NCBI RefSeq assembly: GCF_009914755.1
Contig: NC_060947.1
Source of the DNA: the human T2T-CHM13v2.0 reference genome, Homo sapiens
DNA length: 64,000 bases
Direction: 5' to 3' (one strand)
Both the position numbers and the translations under genes were made by a program. The notes under the pieces were generated by a model, which was not told the DNA's origin, made no database searches, and saw only the letters and a program-made list of their open reading frames with translations. This document shows positions 44,781 through 57,105 of the stretch, one piece after another. Position 1 is the stretch's first letter. Each line of letters opens with the position of its first letter.

Positions 44781-45304
44781 GTGAATTGGGTTGAAGTGAA
44801 TTACATTGTGTTATTTGTAAACAGAATGGTCACAGCCCATGATCAGTGAGTTATTTTAATAAGTTGAAGTCAATCTTTAAAACACTGTCTTGTGATATAC
44901 TAATTTCTTATCCTACCAAATATATTTACAAAACAGGGCTACAAAGCAGAGTCACAAAATTGCCATGCCTAGATGCTGAAAAGACTGCCTGTTTGACAAA
45001 AATATTGCTCTCTTGGAGCATGCGGAAGCTAAGAAAATAAGTTTTCCACTGATGGAAGGCCCCTGCTGTACTCTCTGATGATGATTGGGAAATATTTATT
45101 TTACCAGAAGTGGGATTATAACCATTTTCATGCATCGACGGAGGTTCAGGAGTCAGCCCCTCAAATTCTGTTGTCAATTCTCCTGTCAATTCAGCTCTGC
45201 ATTTAGACTCTCTCCAGGGTCTGCTGGAACTTTAACTGCTGAAAACTTTAAAGATTTTGCCTCCTTCAAAAATATTATAGAGAGCTTGCTGTGTTGACTT
45301 AACT

Positions 45305-45326
45305 TGTGTGTGTGTGTGTGTGTGTG
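45305..45326. repeat. (TG)11 microsatellite
   Basis: Pure TG run. Confidence 0.92.
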
Positions 45327-46399
45327 AATCTTGTTCTTCATACTCTACTAACACACCACTACCTCCAACAATAGGGGAGACATTTTTGAATTGATGTCTC
45401 AGCAATTGTGGCACATCATACTGAATCATTCACCTTTTCCTGCCCAGCCTGCTTTACTTTCAGATACTAAAGAGAATGTTTTAATGAGCAGGGGAAAATT
45501 ATGGACAGTCAGAAAAAATAAACTGATTGAATTCAAGCATCTTGTTTTTGAAGTTGAAGTCTGTCTGGCACAACAGCTGGAGCTTAATTCAGAGGGGATA
45601 CCACAGTAGCTTTTGGTCTTGAAAAGTGAGTTACCAATGTTTTCTTCTAAAGAATATCTGCCATTTCCTTTTATTTCTGTGCCTTGACTCCTGTTTCTTT
45701 ACTGTACCAAGGTAATAGAAAAAAAACTAGTGAAAGGTACAATCTGTTAATATAGCTCTGGGAAGTGTAAAAATGAATGAGATCTCTGTCTACTGTGCTT
45801 GGAATGTCTGAGAAGCACCCCTGGCTGGATGATTGATATTTGGGTTTAAATCCTGATTTATTCAAGACTTACTATAAAGTTGATTCACTTATAGGATGAA
45901 GGGGTTGTCCTGGTTGATTTATGAATATGTATGTGTGAGGGGGTGGGAGGAAACGTCTTTTTGTATCTAGCATTCCCTGACTCTGTGATCTATACCCATA
46001 ATTCTAATAAGGATCTCTCTGTGTGTAATTAAGGGGTTTCCTGGCCTTTTGCAGAAGTATGTAGAACAGAGAGGACAAAAGAAGGAGGAGAAAATATAGA
46101 AATGCAACTTGGGCCAATAATGCTACTCCCCAAATCTTCTCATCTGTTTCTCTATGGGTGGCTCCAATCATGTTTCCTCCATGACTCAGTACAATTTCAG
46201 GCCTAGGTCTGACTCTGTACTTCTAAGAGAAGTAAACTGCATCTTTAGTTTAGAGGTAGGGGAAGAGTGAGCATAATGGTGGTAAAAGGAGGCAGATGCT
46301 TGTGTCAGATGATAGGTATGCTCGAACTAGAGCACATGATTGTCATGTAAGGTAAAGCAGAGCTTGAGGTGGTCACGGATGGAAAACATGCCTGTGCTG

Positions 46400-46640
46400 A
46401 CAATAATAGATACAATGTACTGAATACTTACTATGTGCTAGGGACTACTCTAGATGCTTTATATGTGTTGACTGATTGACTCTTTCAATAACTCTGTGAG
46501 TTAAGTATTACCAACCACATAGTACATATGATGAAACTGAGACTATCAGAGATTAAATATCTTGCCTAAGGCCTCATAACTCGTAAGCAATAAAAACAGG
46601 ATTCAAACTACGAGCTGGCTATATTCTTAACCATTCTACC
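46400..46640 (-). mobile_element. MIR SINE
   Basis: CTGAATACTTACTATGTGCTAGG..ATGATGAAACTGAGAC..CTTGCCTAAGG..GGATTCAAAC. Confidence 0.85.
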
Positions 46641-46744
46641 TCAGTGGTCTTACATAGCCATAATCTGATTTTTCTCTTTATTCAAAATTTTGAGAGTAAT
46701 AGATGTTGCTTAAAACAAATGGGGTTTGAAAATAATCCATTTGA

Positions 46745-46825
46745 GACCAGGCACGGTGGCTCACACCTGTAGTCCCAGCACTTTGGGAGTCTGAGGCGGA
46801 TGGATCACCTGAGGTCAGGAATTCA
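46745..46825 (+). mobile_element. 3'-truncated, tailless Alu 5' fragment (~80 bp)
   Basis: Alu positions ~1-80 ending at CAGGAATTCA; flanked by 13-bp direct repeat AAAATAATCCATT (46729-46741, 46826-46838). Confidence 0.9.
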
Positions 46826-46859
46826 AAAATAATCCATTAGCACCTTTTTAAAAAAATCT

Positions 46860-49800
46860 TTTAAGATCTTGTTTTAAAATTATACTTAAATTCTGGGATA
46901 CATGTGCAGAACGTATAGGTTTGTTACATAAGTATACATGTGCCATGGTGATTTGCTGCATCCATCAACCTGTCATCTACATTAGCTATTTCTCCTAAAG
47001 CTATCCTTGCCCCCTCTCCCATCCGCCGACAGGCCTTAGTGTGTGATATTCCCCTCCCTGTGCCCATGTGTTCACGCTGTTAAACTCCCACTTATGAGTG
47101 AGAACATGCGGTGTTTGGCATTTTGTTCCTGCATTAGTTTGCTGAGAAGGATGGTTTCCAGCTTCACCCATGTCCCTGCAAAGGACATGAACCCATTCTT
47201 TTTTATGGCTGCATAGTATTCCATGGGAGATATGCGCCACATTTTCTTTATCCAGTCTAACATTGATGGGCGTTTGGGTTGGTTCCAAGTCTTTGCTATT
47301 GTGAATTTTGCTGCAATAAATATACGTGCACATGTGTCTTTACAGTAGAATGATTTATAATCCTTTGGGTATATACCCAGTAATGGGATTGCTGAGTCAA
47401 ATGGTATTTCTGGTTCTAGATCCTTGAGGAATCGCCACACTGTCTTCCACAATGGTTGAACTAATTTACAGTCCCACCAACAGTGTAAAAGCATTCCTAT
47501 TTCTCCACATCCTCTCCAGCATCTGTTGTTTCTTGACTTTTTTTTTTTTTTTTTTTTTTTGAGACAGACTCTTGCTCTGTCACCCAGGCTGGAGTGCAGT
47601 GGTGTGATCTCGGCTGACTGCAACCTCCACCTCCTAGGTTCAAGCAATTCTCTGCCTCAGTCTCCCAAGTAGCCAGGATTACAGGCACCTGCCACCATGC
47701 CTGGCTAATTTTTGTATTTTTAGTAGAGATGCTGATTCACCAACTTGGCCAGGCTGGTCTTGAACTGCTGACCTCGTGATCCACCTGCCTCGACCTCCAA
47801 AAGTGGTTTCCTGACTTTTTAATGATAGCCATTCTAACTGGTGTGAGATGGTATCGCACTGTGGTTTTGATTTGCATTTCTCTAATGACCAGTGATGATG
47901 AGCTTTTTTTCATATGTTTGTTGGCCACATTCTTTGAAAAGTGTCTGTTCATATCCTTCTCCCACTTTTTGATGGGGTTGTTTTTTTCTTGTAAATTTGT
48001 TGAAGTCCTTTGCAGATTCTGGATATTAGCCCTTTGTCAGATGGATAGATTGCAAAAATGTTCTCCCATTCTGTAGGTTGCCTGTTCACCCTGATGATAG
48101 CTTCTTTTGTTCTGGAGAAGCTCTTTAGTTTAATTAGATCCCATTTGTCAATCTTGGCTTTTGTTGCCATTGCTTTTGGTGTTTTAGTCATGAAGTCTTT
48201 GCCCATGCCTATGTCCTGAACGGTATTGCCTAGGTTTTCTTCTAGGGTTTTTATGGTTTTAGATCTTACATTTAAATCTTTAATTGATCTTGAGTTGATT
48301 TTTGTATAAGGTGTAAGGAAGGGGTCCAGTTTCAGTTTTCTGCATGTGGCTAGCCAGTTTTCCCAATACCATTTATTAAATAGGGAATCCTTTCCCCATT
48401 GCTTGTTTTTGTCAGGTTTGTCAAAGATCAGATGGTTGTAGATGTGTGATGTTATTTCTGAGGTATCTGTTCTGTTCCATTGTTCTATATATCTGTTTTG
48501 GTACCAGTACCATGCTGTTTGGTTACTGTAGTCTTTTAGTATAGTTTGAAGTCAAGTAGCATGGTGCCTCCAGCTTTGTTCTTTTTGCTTACGATTGTTT
48601 TGGCTATATGGGCTCCTTTTTGGTTCCATATGAAATTTAAAGTAGTTTTTTCTAATTATGTGAAGAAAGTCAATGGTAGCTTGATGGGAATAGCATTGAA
48701 TCTATGAATTACTTTGGGCAGTGTGGCCATTTTGATGATATTGATTCTTCCTATCCATGAGCATGGAATGTTTTTCCATTTGTTTATATCCTCTCTTATT
48801 TCCTTGAGCAGTGGTTTGTAGTTCTCCTTGAAGAGGTCCTTCACATCCCTTGTAAGTTATATTCCTAGGTATTTCATTCTCTTTGTAGCAGTTGTGAATG
48901 GGAGTTTGCTCATTATTTGGCTCTCTGTTTGTCTATTATTTGTGTATAGGAATGCCTGTGATTTTTGCACATTGATTTTGTATCCTGAGACTGCTGAAGT
49001 TGTTTAACAGCTTAAGGAGATTTTGGGCTGAGATGACGGGGTTTTCTAAATATACAATCATGTCATCTGCAAACAGAGATAATTTGACTTCCTCTCTTCC
49101 TATTTGAATGCTCTTTATTTCTTTCTCTTGCCTGATTGCCCTGGCCAGAACTTCCAATACTATATTGAATAGAGTAGTGAGAGAGGGCATCTTTGTCTTG
49201 TGCCAGTTTTCAAAGGGAATGCTTCCAGCTTTTGCCCATGCAGTATGATATTGGCTGTGGGCTTGTCATAAATAGGTCTTATTATTTTGAGATATGTTCC
49301 ATCAATACTTAGTTCATGAAGTGCTTTTAGCATGAAGGGGTGTTGAATTTTATCGAAGGCCTTTTCTGCATCTATTGAGATAATCATGTAGTTTTTGTCA
49401 TTGGTTCTGTTTATGTGATGGATTACATTTATTGATTTGCACATGTTGCACCAGCCTTGCATCCCAGGGATGAAGCTGACTTGATCGTGGTGGATAAGCT
49501 TTTTGATGTGCTGCTGGATTTGGTTTGCCAGTATTTTATTGAGGATTTTCACATTGATGTTCGTCAGGGATATTGGCCTGAAATGTTCTTTTTTTGTTTT
49601 GTCTTTGTTATGATTTCCGTTCTTTTTCATTTGCTGAGGAGTGCTTTACTTCCAATTAAGTGGTCAATTTTAGAATAAGTGCTATGTTTTGCTGAGAAGA
49701 ATGTATACTCTGTTGATTTGGAGTGGAGAGTTCTGTAGATGTCTATTAGGTCCACTTGGTCCAGAGCTGAGTCCAAGTCCTGAATATCCTTGTTAATTTT

Positions 49801-50738
49801 CTGTTTCATTGATCTGTCTAATATTGACAGTGGGGTGTTAAAGTCTCCCACTATTATTGTGTGGGAGTCTAAGTCTCTTTGTAGGTCTCTAAGAACTTGC
49901 TTCATGAATCTGGGTGCTCCTGTATTGGGTACATATATATTTAGGATAGTTATCTCTTCTTGTTGCATGGATCCCTTTATCATTATGTAATGCCCTTCTT
50001 TGTCTTTTTTTATCTTTGTTGTTTCAAAATCTGTTTTATCAGATTGCAACCCCTACTTTTTTATGCTTTCCATTTTCTTGGTAAATATTCCTCCATCCCT
50101 TTATTTTGAGCCTATGCGTGTCTTTGCATGTGAGATGGGTCTCCTGAATACACCACACTGATGGGTCTTGACTCTTTATCCAATTTGCCAGTCTGTGCCT
50201 TTTAATTGGGGCATTTAGCCTGTTTACATTTAAGGTTAATATTGTTATGTATGAATTTGATCCTGTCATTATGATGCTAGTTGGTTAGTTTGCCCATTAA
50301 TTGATGCAGTTTCTTCATAGTGTTGATGGTCTTTACATTTTGGTTTGGTTTTGCAATGGCTGACACCAGTTTTTCCTTTCCATATTTAGTGCTACCTTCA
50401 AGAGCTCTCATAAGGCAGGCCTGGTGGTGACAAAATCTCTCAGCATTTGTTTGTCTGTAAAGGATTTTATTTCTCCTTTGCTTATGAAGCTTAGTTTGGC
50501 TGGATATTAAATTCTGGGTTGAAAATTCTTTTCTTTAAGAATGTTGAATATTGGCCCCCATTCTCTTCTGGCTTGTAGGGTTTCTGCAGAGAGATCTGCT
50601 GTTAGTCTGATGGGCTTCCATTTGTGCATAACCCGACCTTTCTCTCTGGCTGCCCTTAACATTTTTTCCTTCATTTCAACCTTGGTGAATCTGACGGTTA
50701 TGTGTCTTCGGGTTGCTTTTCTCGAGGAGTATCTTTGT
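46860..50738 (-). mobile_element. 5'-truncated L1PA7/8-like element with ~0.9-kb internal deletion and nested Alu
   Basis: 3'UTR at 46880, ORF2 RT ([10 protein letters not shown]) and EN (GDFNTPL) pieces, ORF1 C-terminus to 50738; EN end joined to RT start at ~49605. Confidence 0.95.
47543..47805 (-). mobile_element. 5'-truncated AluS (Sg-like) inserted in L1 ORF2
   Basis: TSD GTTTC(T/C)TGACTTTTT at 47528-47542 and 47806-47820; GACCTCGTGAT variant. Confidence 0.94.
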
Positions 50739-50884
50739 AATAAAACCTTTTGTTTTTTGCCACTGGAGATATAGATATGCAGAGATTGATGATAACTAAG
50801 AAACAATCTACAGAGTATGCTTGTAAGCATGGTTATGAACAGAGACTGTGGAAGCTCCTAGGAGTGATTTGCCAAGGTCTATTA

Positions 50885-53219
50885 CTCTCTCAGATCACAG
50901 TGCAATAAAAATAGAAATCAAAACTAAGACAATTGCTCAAAACCATACAATTACATGGAAATTGAACAACCTGGTCCTGATTGACTTTTGGGTAAATAAT
51001 GAAATTAAGGCAGAAATCAAGAATTTCTTTGAAACTAATGAGAGCAAAGATTATAATATACCAGAATCTCTGGGACACAGCTAAGGCAGTGTTAAGAGGG
51101 AAATTTATAGCCTTAACACCCACATCCAAAAGTTAGAAAGATTTCAAATTAACAACTTAACATCACAACTAAAAGAACTAGAGAACCAAGAGCAAACCAA
51201 TGCCAAAGATAGCAGAAGACAACAAATAACCAAAATTGCAGCTGGGCTGAAGGAAACTGAGACCCCAAAAAACATTCAAAAGATTCAGGAGCTTTTTTGT
51301 TTTTAAAAATAATATTACAAAGTAGATAGACTGCTAGCTAGGCTAATAAAGAGGAAAAGAGAGAAGATCCGAATGAACACAATTTTTAAGTGGCATATGG
51401 GGTATTACCCCTGACCCCACAGAAATAAAAACAAATATCAGAAATTACTATTAACACCTCTATGCAAACAAACTAGAAAAGCTAGAAGAAATAGATAAAT
51501 TCCTGGACATTTAGCCCCTCCCAAGATTGAAACAGGAAGAAATTGAATCTCTGAACAGACCAATAATGATCTCCAACATTGAATCAGTAATAAATAGCCT
51601 ATCAACCAAAAAGAAAAAAAAAGTCCAGGACCAGATAGATGGATTCACAGCCGAATTCTGCCAGATGTACAAAGAAGAGCTGGAATCATTTCTACTGAAA
51701 CTACTCCAAAAGCTAAGAAAGAGGGTCTCCTCTCCAACTCATCCTATGAGGCCAGCATCATCCCGATACCAAAACCTGGCAGAGACACAACATAAAAAGA
51801 GAAAATTTCAGGTCAATATCCTTGATGAACATTGATGCAAAAATCCTCAGCAATACTAGCGAACTGAATCTAGCAGCACATCAAAAAACATATCCACCAC
51901 GATCAAGTAGACTTTTCTCTAAGATTCAAGGTTGGTTCAACATATACAAATCAATAAATGTGATTCACACATAAACAGAACTAAAGACAAAAGCCACATG
52001 ATTACCTCAATAGATGCAGAAAAGGCTTTCAACAAAATTCATTATCTCCTCCAGTTAAAAACTCTCAACAAACTAGGTATTGAAGGAACATACCTCAAAA
52101 TAATAAGAGCCATCTGCGACAAACCCACAGCCAACATCATGTTGAATGAGCAAAAGCTGGAAGCATTCTCTTTGAAAACCATCACAAGAGAAGGATGGCC
52201 TCTCTCACCACTCCTGTTCAACTTAGTATTGGAAGTCCTGACTAGAGAAATTAGGCAAGAGAAAGATATAAAGGGCATCCAAATAGGAAGAGAGGAAGTG
52301 AATCTATCCTTGTTTGTAGATGACATGATCCTATATGTAGAAAACCCCATCATCTCAGCCCAAAATCTTCTTAAGCTGATCAGCAACTTCGGCAAAGTCT
52401 CAGGATACAAAATCAATGCACAAAAATCACTAGCATTCCTATACACCAACAACAGTCAAGCCAAGAGCCAAATCAGGAACAAACTCCCATTTAAAATTGC
52501 CACAAAAAGAATAAAATACCTAGGAATACAGCTAACTAGGGAGGTGAAAGATCTCTACAAGGAGAACTAAACTGCTCAAACAAATCAGAGATGACACAAA
52601 TTTCCCATGCTCATGGATGGCAAGAATCAATATCATAAAATGGCCATACTGCCCAAAATAATTTATCAATTCAATGATGTTCCTATTAAACTACTAATGA
52701 GATTCTTCTCAGAACTAGAAAAAAAGCTATTTTAAAATTGATATGGAACCAAGAAAGAGCCCCCAAATTTCAAGGCAATCCTAAGCAAAATGAGCAAAGC
52801 TGGAGGCATCACACTACCCAGCTTGGTAATGCATTTTCTTACATTTGCTCTCCCTCCTTTCCTGTCTCACTTCTCCTTTTCCTTACAAGTGAATACCTTG
52901 AATTTCATACCCCTAGAAGTGTTAGCATGTACCTCAGGCTCTGTTTTCTAGGCAACCCAAGCTAAAATGATAAAATATTGGTGCAGTTAGTAACATGATG
53001 AGTTGGTAGTTGAAGGGCTTTGAAAATTGTGCTTAAGAATTTGGATTTGGGCTTTATCCACAGGTTGTGGATAAGGAGAAGGGTATTTAGATAGAGTTCC
53101 TGGCATAATACTTGGGTGATGATATAATCTGTACAACAAACCCCCATGACACATATTTACCTATTTAACAACCCTACACATCCTGCACATGTACCACTGA
53201 ACTTAAAAGTGAAAAAAAA
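50885..53219 (+). mobile_element. Older L1PA (13-16-like), 5'-truncated, with ORF2 C-terminus/3'UTR replaced by a templated insert
   Basis: ORF2 pieces ([20 protein letters not shown]) to 52819; extreme 3' end 53105-53219 (GGGTGATGA..ATCTGTACAACAAACCCCCATGACAC). Confidence 0.92.
52820..53104 (+). repeat. Local duplicate of 59400-59685 (templated insertion)
   Basis: Manual alignment: ~285 bp, about 24 substitutions and one 1-bp indel (~91% identity), same orientation. Confidence 0.95.
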
Positions 53220-53659
53220 GTTGCTTAGAAGCTTTGTTACTTATGATTTTGAGATTAGAGAGAAAAAATATCCATAGTGTCCTCAAAAAAGAAATGTAAT
53301 GAATGATGTCTTTAACATTTATATAGTAAATACAATAACATATTTAATAACATAATTTCTTATAGCTTCTTTCTTATAAGTAGGCCAAGGGCAAGATAGC
53401 ATAGAAGCAATGTACTCTATATTTGCATAATGTATATAGAAATTGGCCCACTCAAGCGGCTTCTTAAAACAGCCTAGACACAGTCGAAAACTTACCTAGT
53501 GGAATGACCATGCCAAAGGAAACTCATTGCACCTGGGTGGTTCAGACCAATGTCTGATGGCCGCTCTATAAACCACAGATAAAAGATCTGATTCACTCTA
53601 CTGGCCCTTCTTCAAAAAAGAACAGGAGTCCTGAGAGATCTGTAAGCTCAGGACTATTT

Positions 53660-53995
53660 TCAGCTTGTAAAGGGCTCTCTCCAGTCCTTGCACATAGTAC
53701 CCTACATCTCAGAACCAGCAATAGGGTGTTGAATGTTTCTCATGATGCCATGTCTCCAACCCTTCTTTTGTCACATCTTTTTCTGACCAAGCTGGGAAAG
53801 ATTCTCTGCTTTTCAGGATTTTGTGATTAGACTTAGTCAACCCAGGTCTTACAGCCAATTGCCCCATCTCAAGGTCAGTATCCTTAATCACATCTGCAAA
53901 ATCCCTTCTGCCATGTAAGGTAACATATTCATAGGTTCCGGGCATTAGGGTGTGGATATAATGGGAATGCGGGGCATTATTTTATGTACCACAAT
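53660..53995 (-). mobile_element. MLT1 (D-like) LTR fragment
   Basis: CCCCATCTCAAGGTC..CCTTAATCACATCTGCAAAATCCCTTCTGCCATGTAAGGTAACATATTCATAGGTTCC. Confidence 0.85.
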
Positions 53996-53999
53996 GCCT

Positions 54000-56700
54000 G
54001 TTTTGATCAAGGTGTAGTAGTGGAGATAAAGAAAAGCAGGAGATTCCGAATATGTTTTTTAAGGTAGAAACAATGGGATTTGTCTGTTTTGCTGAGATTA
54101 CAAATGAAAGAGAAAATTCAAGGATGACTCTAAGTTGCTTGGCCTGAGTAATGGGAATTATTGAATTGCCATTAATTGAGATGAGGAAGACTGTATGAAT
54201 AGGCTTGCAGGGTCTATATGTCAGGATAGGTTAGGTTATGTTGTAGTAGCTAACAATTATAAAAGCTCAGTGGTTTTACAAAGGACATGACAGCCAATTT
54301 TTAAAAATTTTTATAGATTTAGGGGGTACAAGTGCCATTTTCTTACATGGGTATATTGCATAGTGGTAAACTCTGGGCTCGACAGCCACCTGTTTTATTT
54401 GGTCCTTGCCTCAAGGTATAGTTTTAAAAGCCCTTGTGATTCAAAGAATTTGTCAGTTTTATATTTGATAGTTGGTGGCAAAAACCACTTACATCTTACA
54501 ATCCTGCAAGTCCCTGGAGTTTTGAATTCTATTTCCTCTCACTCCTGTTTCAAATTGGCAGAGCTCATCTCTTTCTTGAAGTACAGTGTCAAATACAGTC
54601 AATAGTAGCAGACATAATACTAACATTCTGTTTTGCAACATTTTAAGCCATAAAGCAACAAACTTATTAAGAACATTATTTATCTTTGAACTTATTGCAG
54701 GCAAACTTTTCAGCACTGCATACTGTAGATCACCATACCTTCCATACTCTGGTAACATTTTTTTTTTCTTCTCACTACCTGGCCCTGAAACCAATGCCAT
54801 GTTTTTTTCTATTATAGCAGAACTGACTTCTGGCACCAATTTCACTATCAGCTAGGATAGACTAGGTCATGTAGCACCATCACACACCATAAAATTCTAA
54901 TGGCTTATAACCACAAACGCTTATTTCTTACTCACACATCTCATTCATGTCATCTTCACTCTGGAACACACAATGATAAAATACCTACTATCTGGATTAT
55001 TGCCAGTCTTCTGAGAGGGGAAAAAGAGAGAACATGAAAACCGTGTATTGACTCTTAAAGCTATGCCTAAAAATGACACATGTCACTTCTGTTTATACTT
55101 CTTTTGCCCAGAATAAGGCAAGTAGCCAACTCGATATCATCAGGACAAGGAGTATCATCCTCTGCCAGACTGGGTTAGTAAATACTTACAGGCAATAAAA
55201 TAGTCTAATATAGGAGACCAGCTCAAGTGTTTGGTTTTGGATGTATTATATTTGAACTATCTCTTAGATGTCCAAGTGGAGATACGAAGTAAGAATTTGC
55301 ATTTGAAAGTTTGGAGCTCAGAAGAGATAGAAACTTTAGGAATCGAGATCATATATAAAGTAGTTAAAATCAGGAGAGTGGAGTGATTATGATCATTAAA
55401 GAAATGAGTACATCTAGAGAAGAGAAGAGATCTACCATCACTTAGAAGTGAAGCAAAAAGAAAGTAAAAATTTAAAAATAAATGGGGGAGCAGTTGTCAA
55501 TAAGTTAGAGGAAAAACTGGGGATGTATGATGTCCTGAAAGCCAAGCAAAGAAATTATTTCAGTGAAGAGGCAGTGATCATCTTTGTTATGTTGCCAATA
55601 GGTCAAGTAAGATAAAGACTGAAAATTGACCATTGGCTACATTTGCGTGGATACCATTGGTGATCTTGAGACAGTTTTTTGTGGGGCAGTGGGTATGGAA
55701 GTCTGATTAGACTATACTTAAAGAGAGGGTGAGAGAAAAGGAATTAATGATAGTTAAAAATGGGATAATAGAGGGGTAAATAGGGCCAAGAGAGGGTTTT
55801 TTTTTTTTAAAGAAATGTGAATGGTATCAGCATGTTTATGTGTTAAGTAAAAAGTTCTACTCTAAAAAGATCTTACTCTAAAAAGAGTTAGAGATGTTAG
55901 TGATGATACAGCACAGATAGAGGAGAATCGCTGGAACAAGGTTTTTGAGTAAGTGAGAGAATATGGGACCCAGTTACAAGTTGAAGCTTTGGTCTTAGCT
56001 AGAATCATAGACAGTCCATTCTTAGTAACAGTAGAAAATATTGAGCATACGATACAAATGCTAATACACAGATAAATGTGTTGGTGGCAGCTTATTGAAG
56101 TTCTCTATTGATTTCTTCTATGTAATCAATGAAACAAGCAACAAAGTCATCTGAGACCAAGAGGAAGAAAGTGTTGGAAGGCTGGAAATAGTGGAAAATG
56201 TATGAAATTGTCCTATGAGAGAACAGTGGAGAGAAGAAACTAGGGAAATATAATTTAGTGATCAGGTAGCATTAAGAACCCTTCTGAGGCCAATAATCAT
56301 AAATTTAAAGACCAGTCAGTATGGATGTATGTTTTGCTCCAGTCACATTCAGATATAGAAGTAAAGCCATGGAATAGGTGAAAAACTGAATTTAACTATG
56401 GTTGGAGTCTTGCCATGTGAGAATGATGATTTGAGAGAGGAGAAACAGTATTTGTGTTATATGCATGGCGGTGGTTATAATTGCCCATGGGCTTTTTAAA
56501 CTGGATAATAAGGGAAGTAGTATCATTCAGAGGGCTACAGACAGTGAAAAAATGATAGGCTCAATACATGGTAAATCTAAGTGGGATTGAAGAATTATGG
56601 GATTCAAGTTACTCCAGGAAGTGAACTGTAAAGAGAGCAGCAATGGCTGGAGGCTGGGATGCATGAAATTGAAATTATGAAAAGATTATACATATACGTA
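54000..56700 (-). mobile_element. Long L2 ORF2 relic with MLT1 LTR/internal (~54220-55210) and tiny L1 3' (~54298-54380) insertions
   Basis: CAAGGATGACTCTAAG..TTGGCCTGAGTAA; GATGTCCAAGTGGAGAT; AGGTCAAGTAAGATAAAGACTGAAAATTGACCATTGG. Confidence 0.75.
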
Positions 56701-56779
56701 ATGACAGGATCTATGCATCATCATCTTTGTTCTCTCTTTTGTCAGAAAAGGCACTGCTATTTCCTCTGGCCAGAAAGAA

Positions 56780-57018
56780 ATGTATGTTTGTAGCACTAGA
56801 AACCCATGGGTTGGGACTTATGGGTGACCTTAAATTATCTGGGTCTCTGTTATCTCATCTCTAAATGGGATTGATAATATTGCCTTTTCTTTGGATTAAT
56901 GCAAGGATTAGACATAATATATGTTTGAACCCAGGAGTTCAAAGTTGCAATGAGCTATGCTCACCCCACAGTACACTAGCCCAGGTGACAGGGTGAGATC
57001 CTGTCTCTAAATAATAAC

Positions 57019-57052
<34 letters not shown>

Positions 57053-57105
57053 GTAAAGTGCTTGAAACATACCATTTCTGAATGCCTGTTATTATTGTTG
57101 TTATT
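56780..57105 (+). mobile_element. MIR interrupted by an Alu right-arm/monomer fragment (56924-57043) with (AAT)n tail
   Basis: MIR core CTCATCTCTAAATGGGATTGATAAT; TTGAACCCAGGAGTTCAAAGTTGCAATGAGCTATG; TSD-like ATAATA(T/A)ATGT. Confidence 0.8.

Noticed and set aside
45171-45192. Tandem TGTCAATTC motifs as a homeodomain site pair
   Set aside because: Too short to distinguish from chance or slippage without conservation data
50885-50910. Plus-strand L1 begins almost exactly where the neighbouring minus L1's deletion starts
   Set aside because: Its sequence is of an older subfamily and extends well beyond the deleted segment, so it is not the displaced piece
53054-53074. Inverted TTATCCACA / TGTGGATAA pair (identical to bacterial DnaA boxes)
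   Set aside because: Mammalian repeat-derived context; treated as a chance 9-bp hairpin, imperfect in the donor copy
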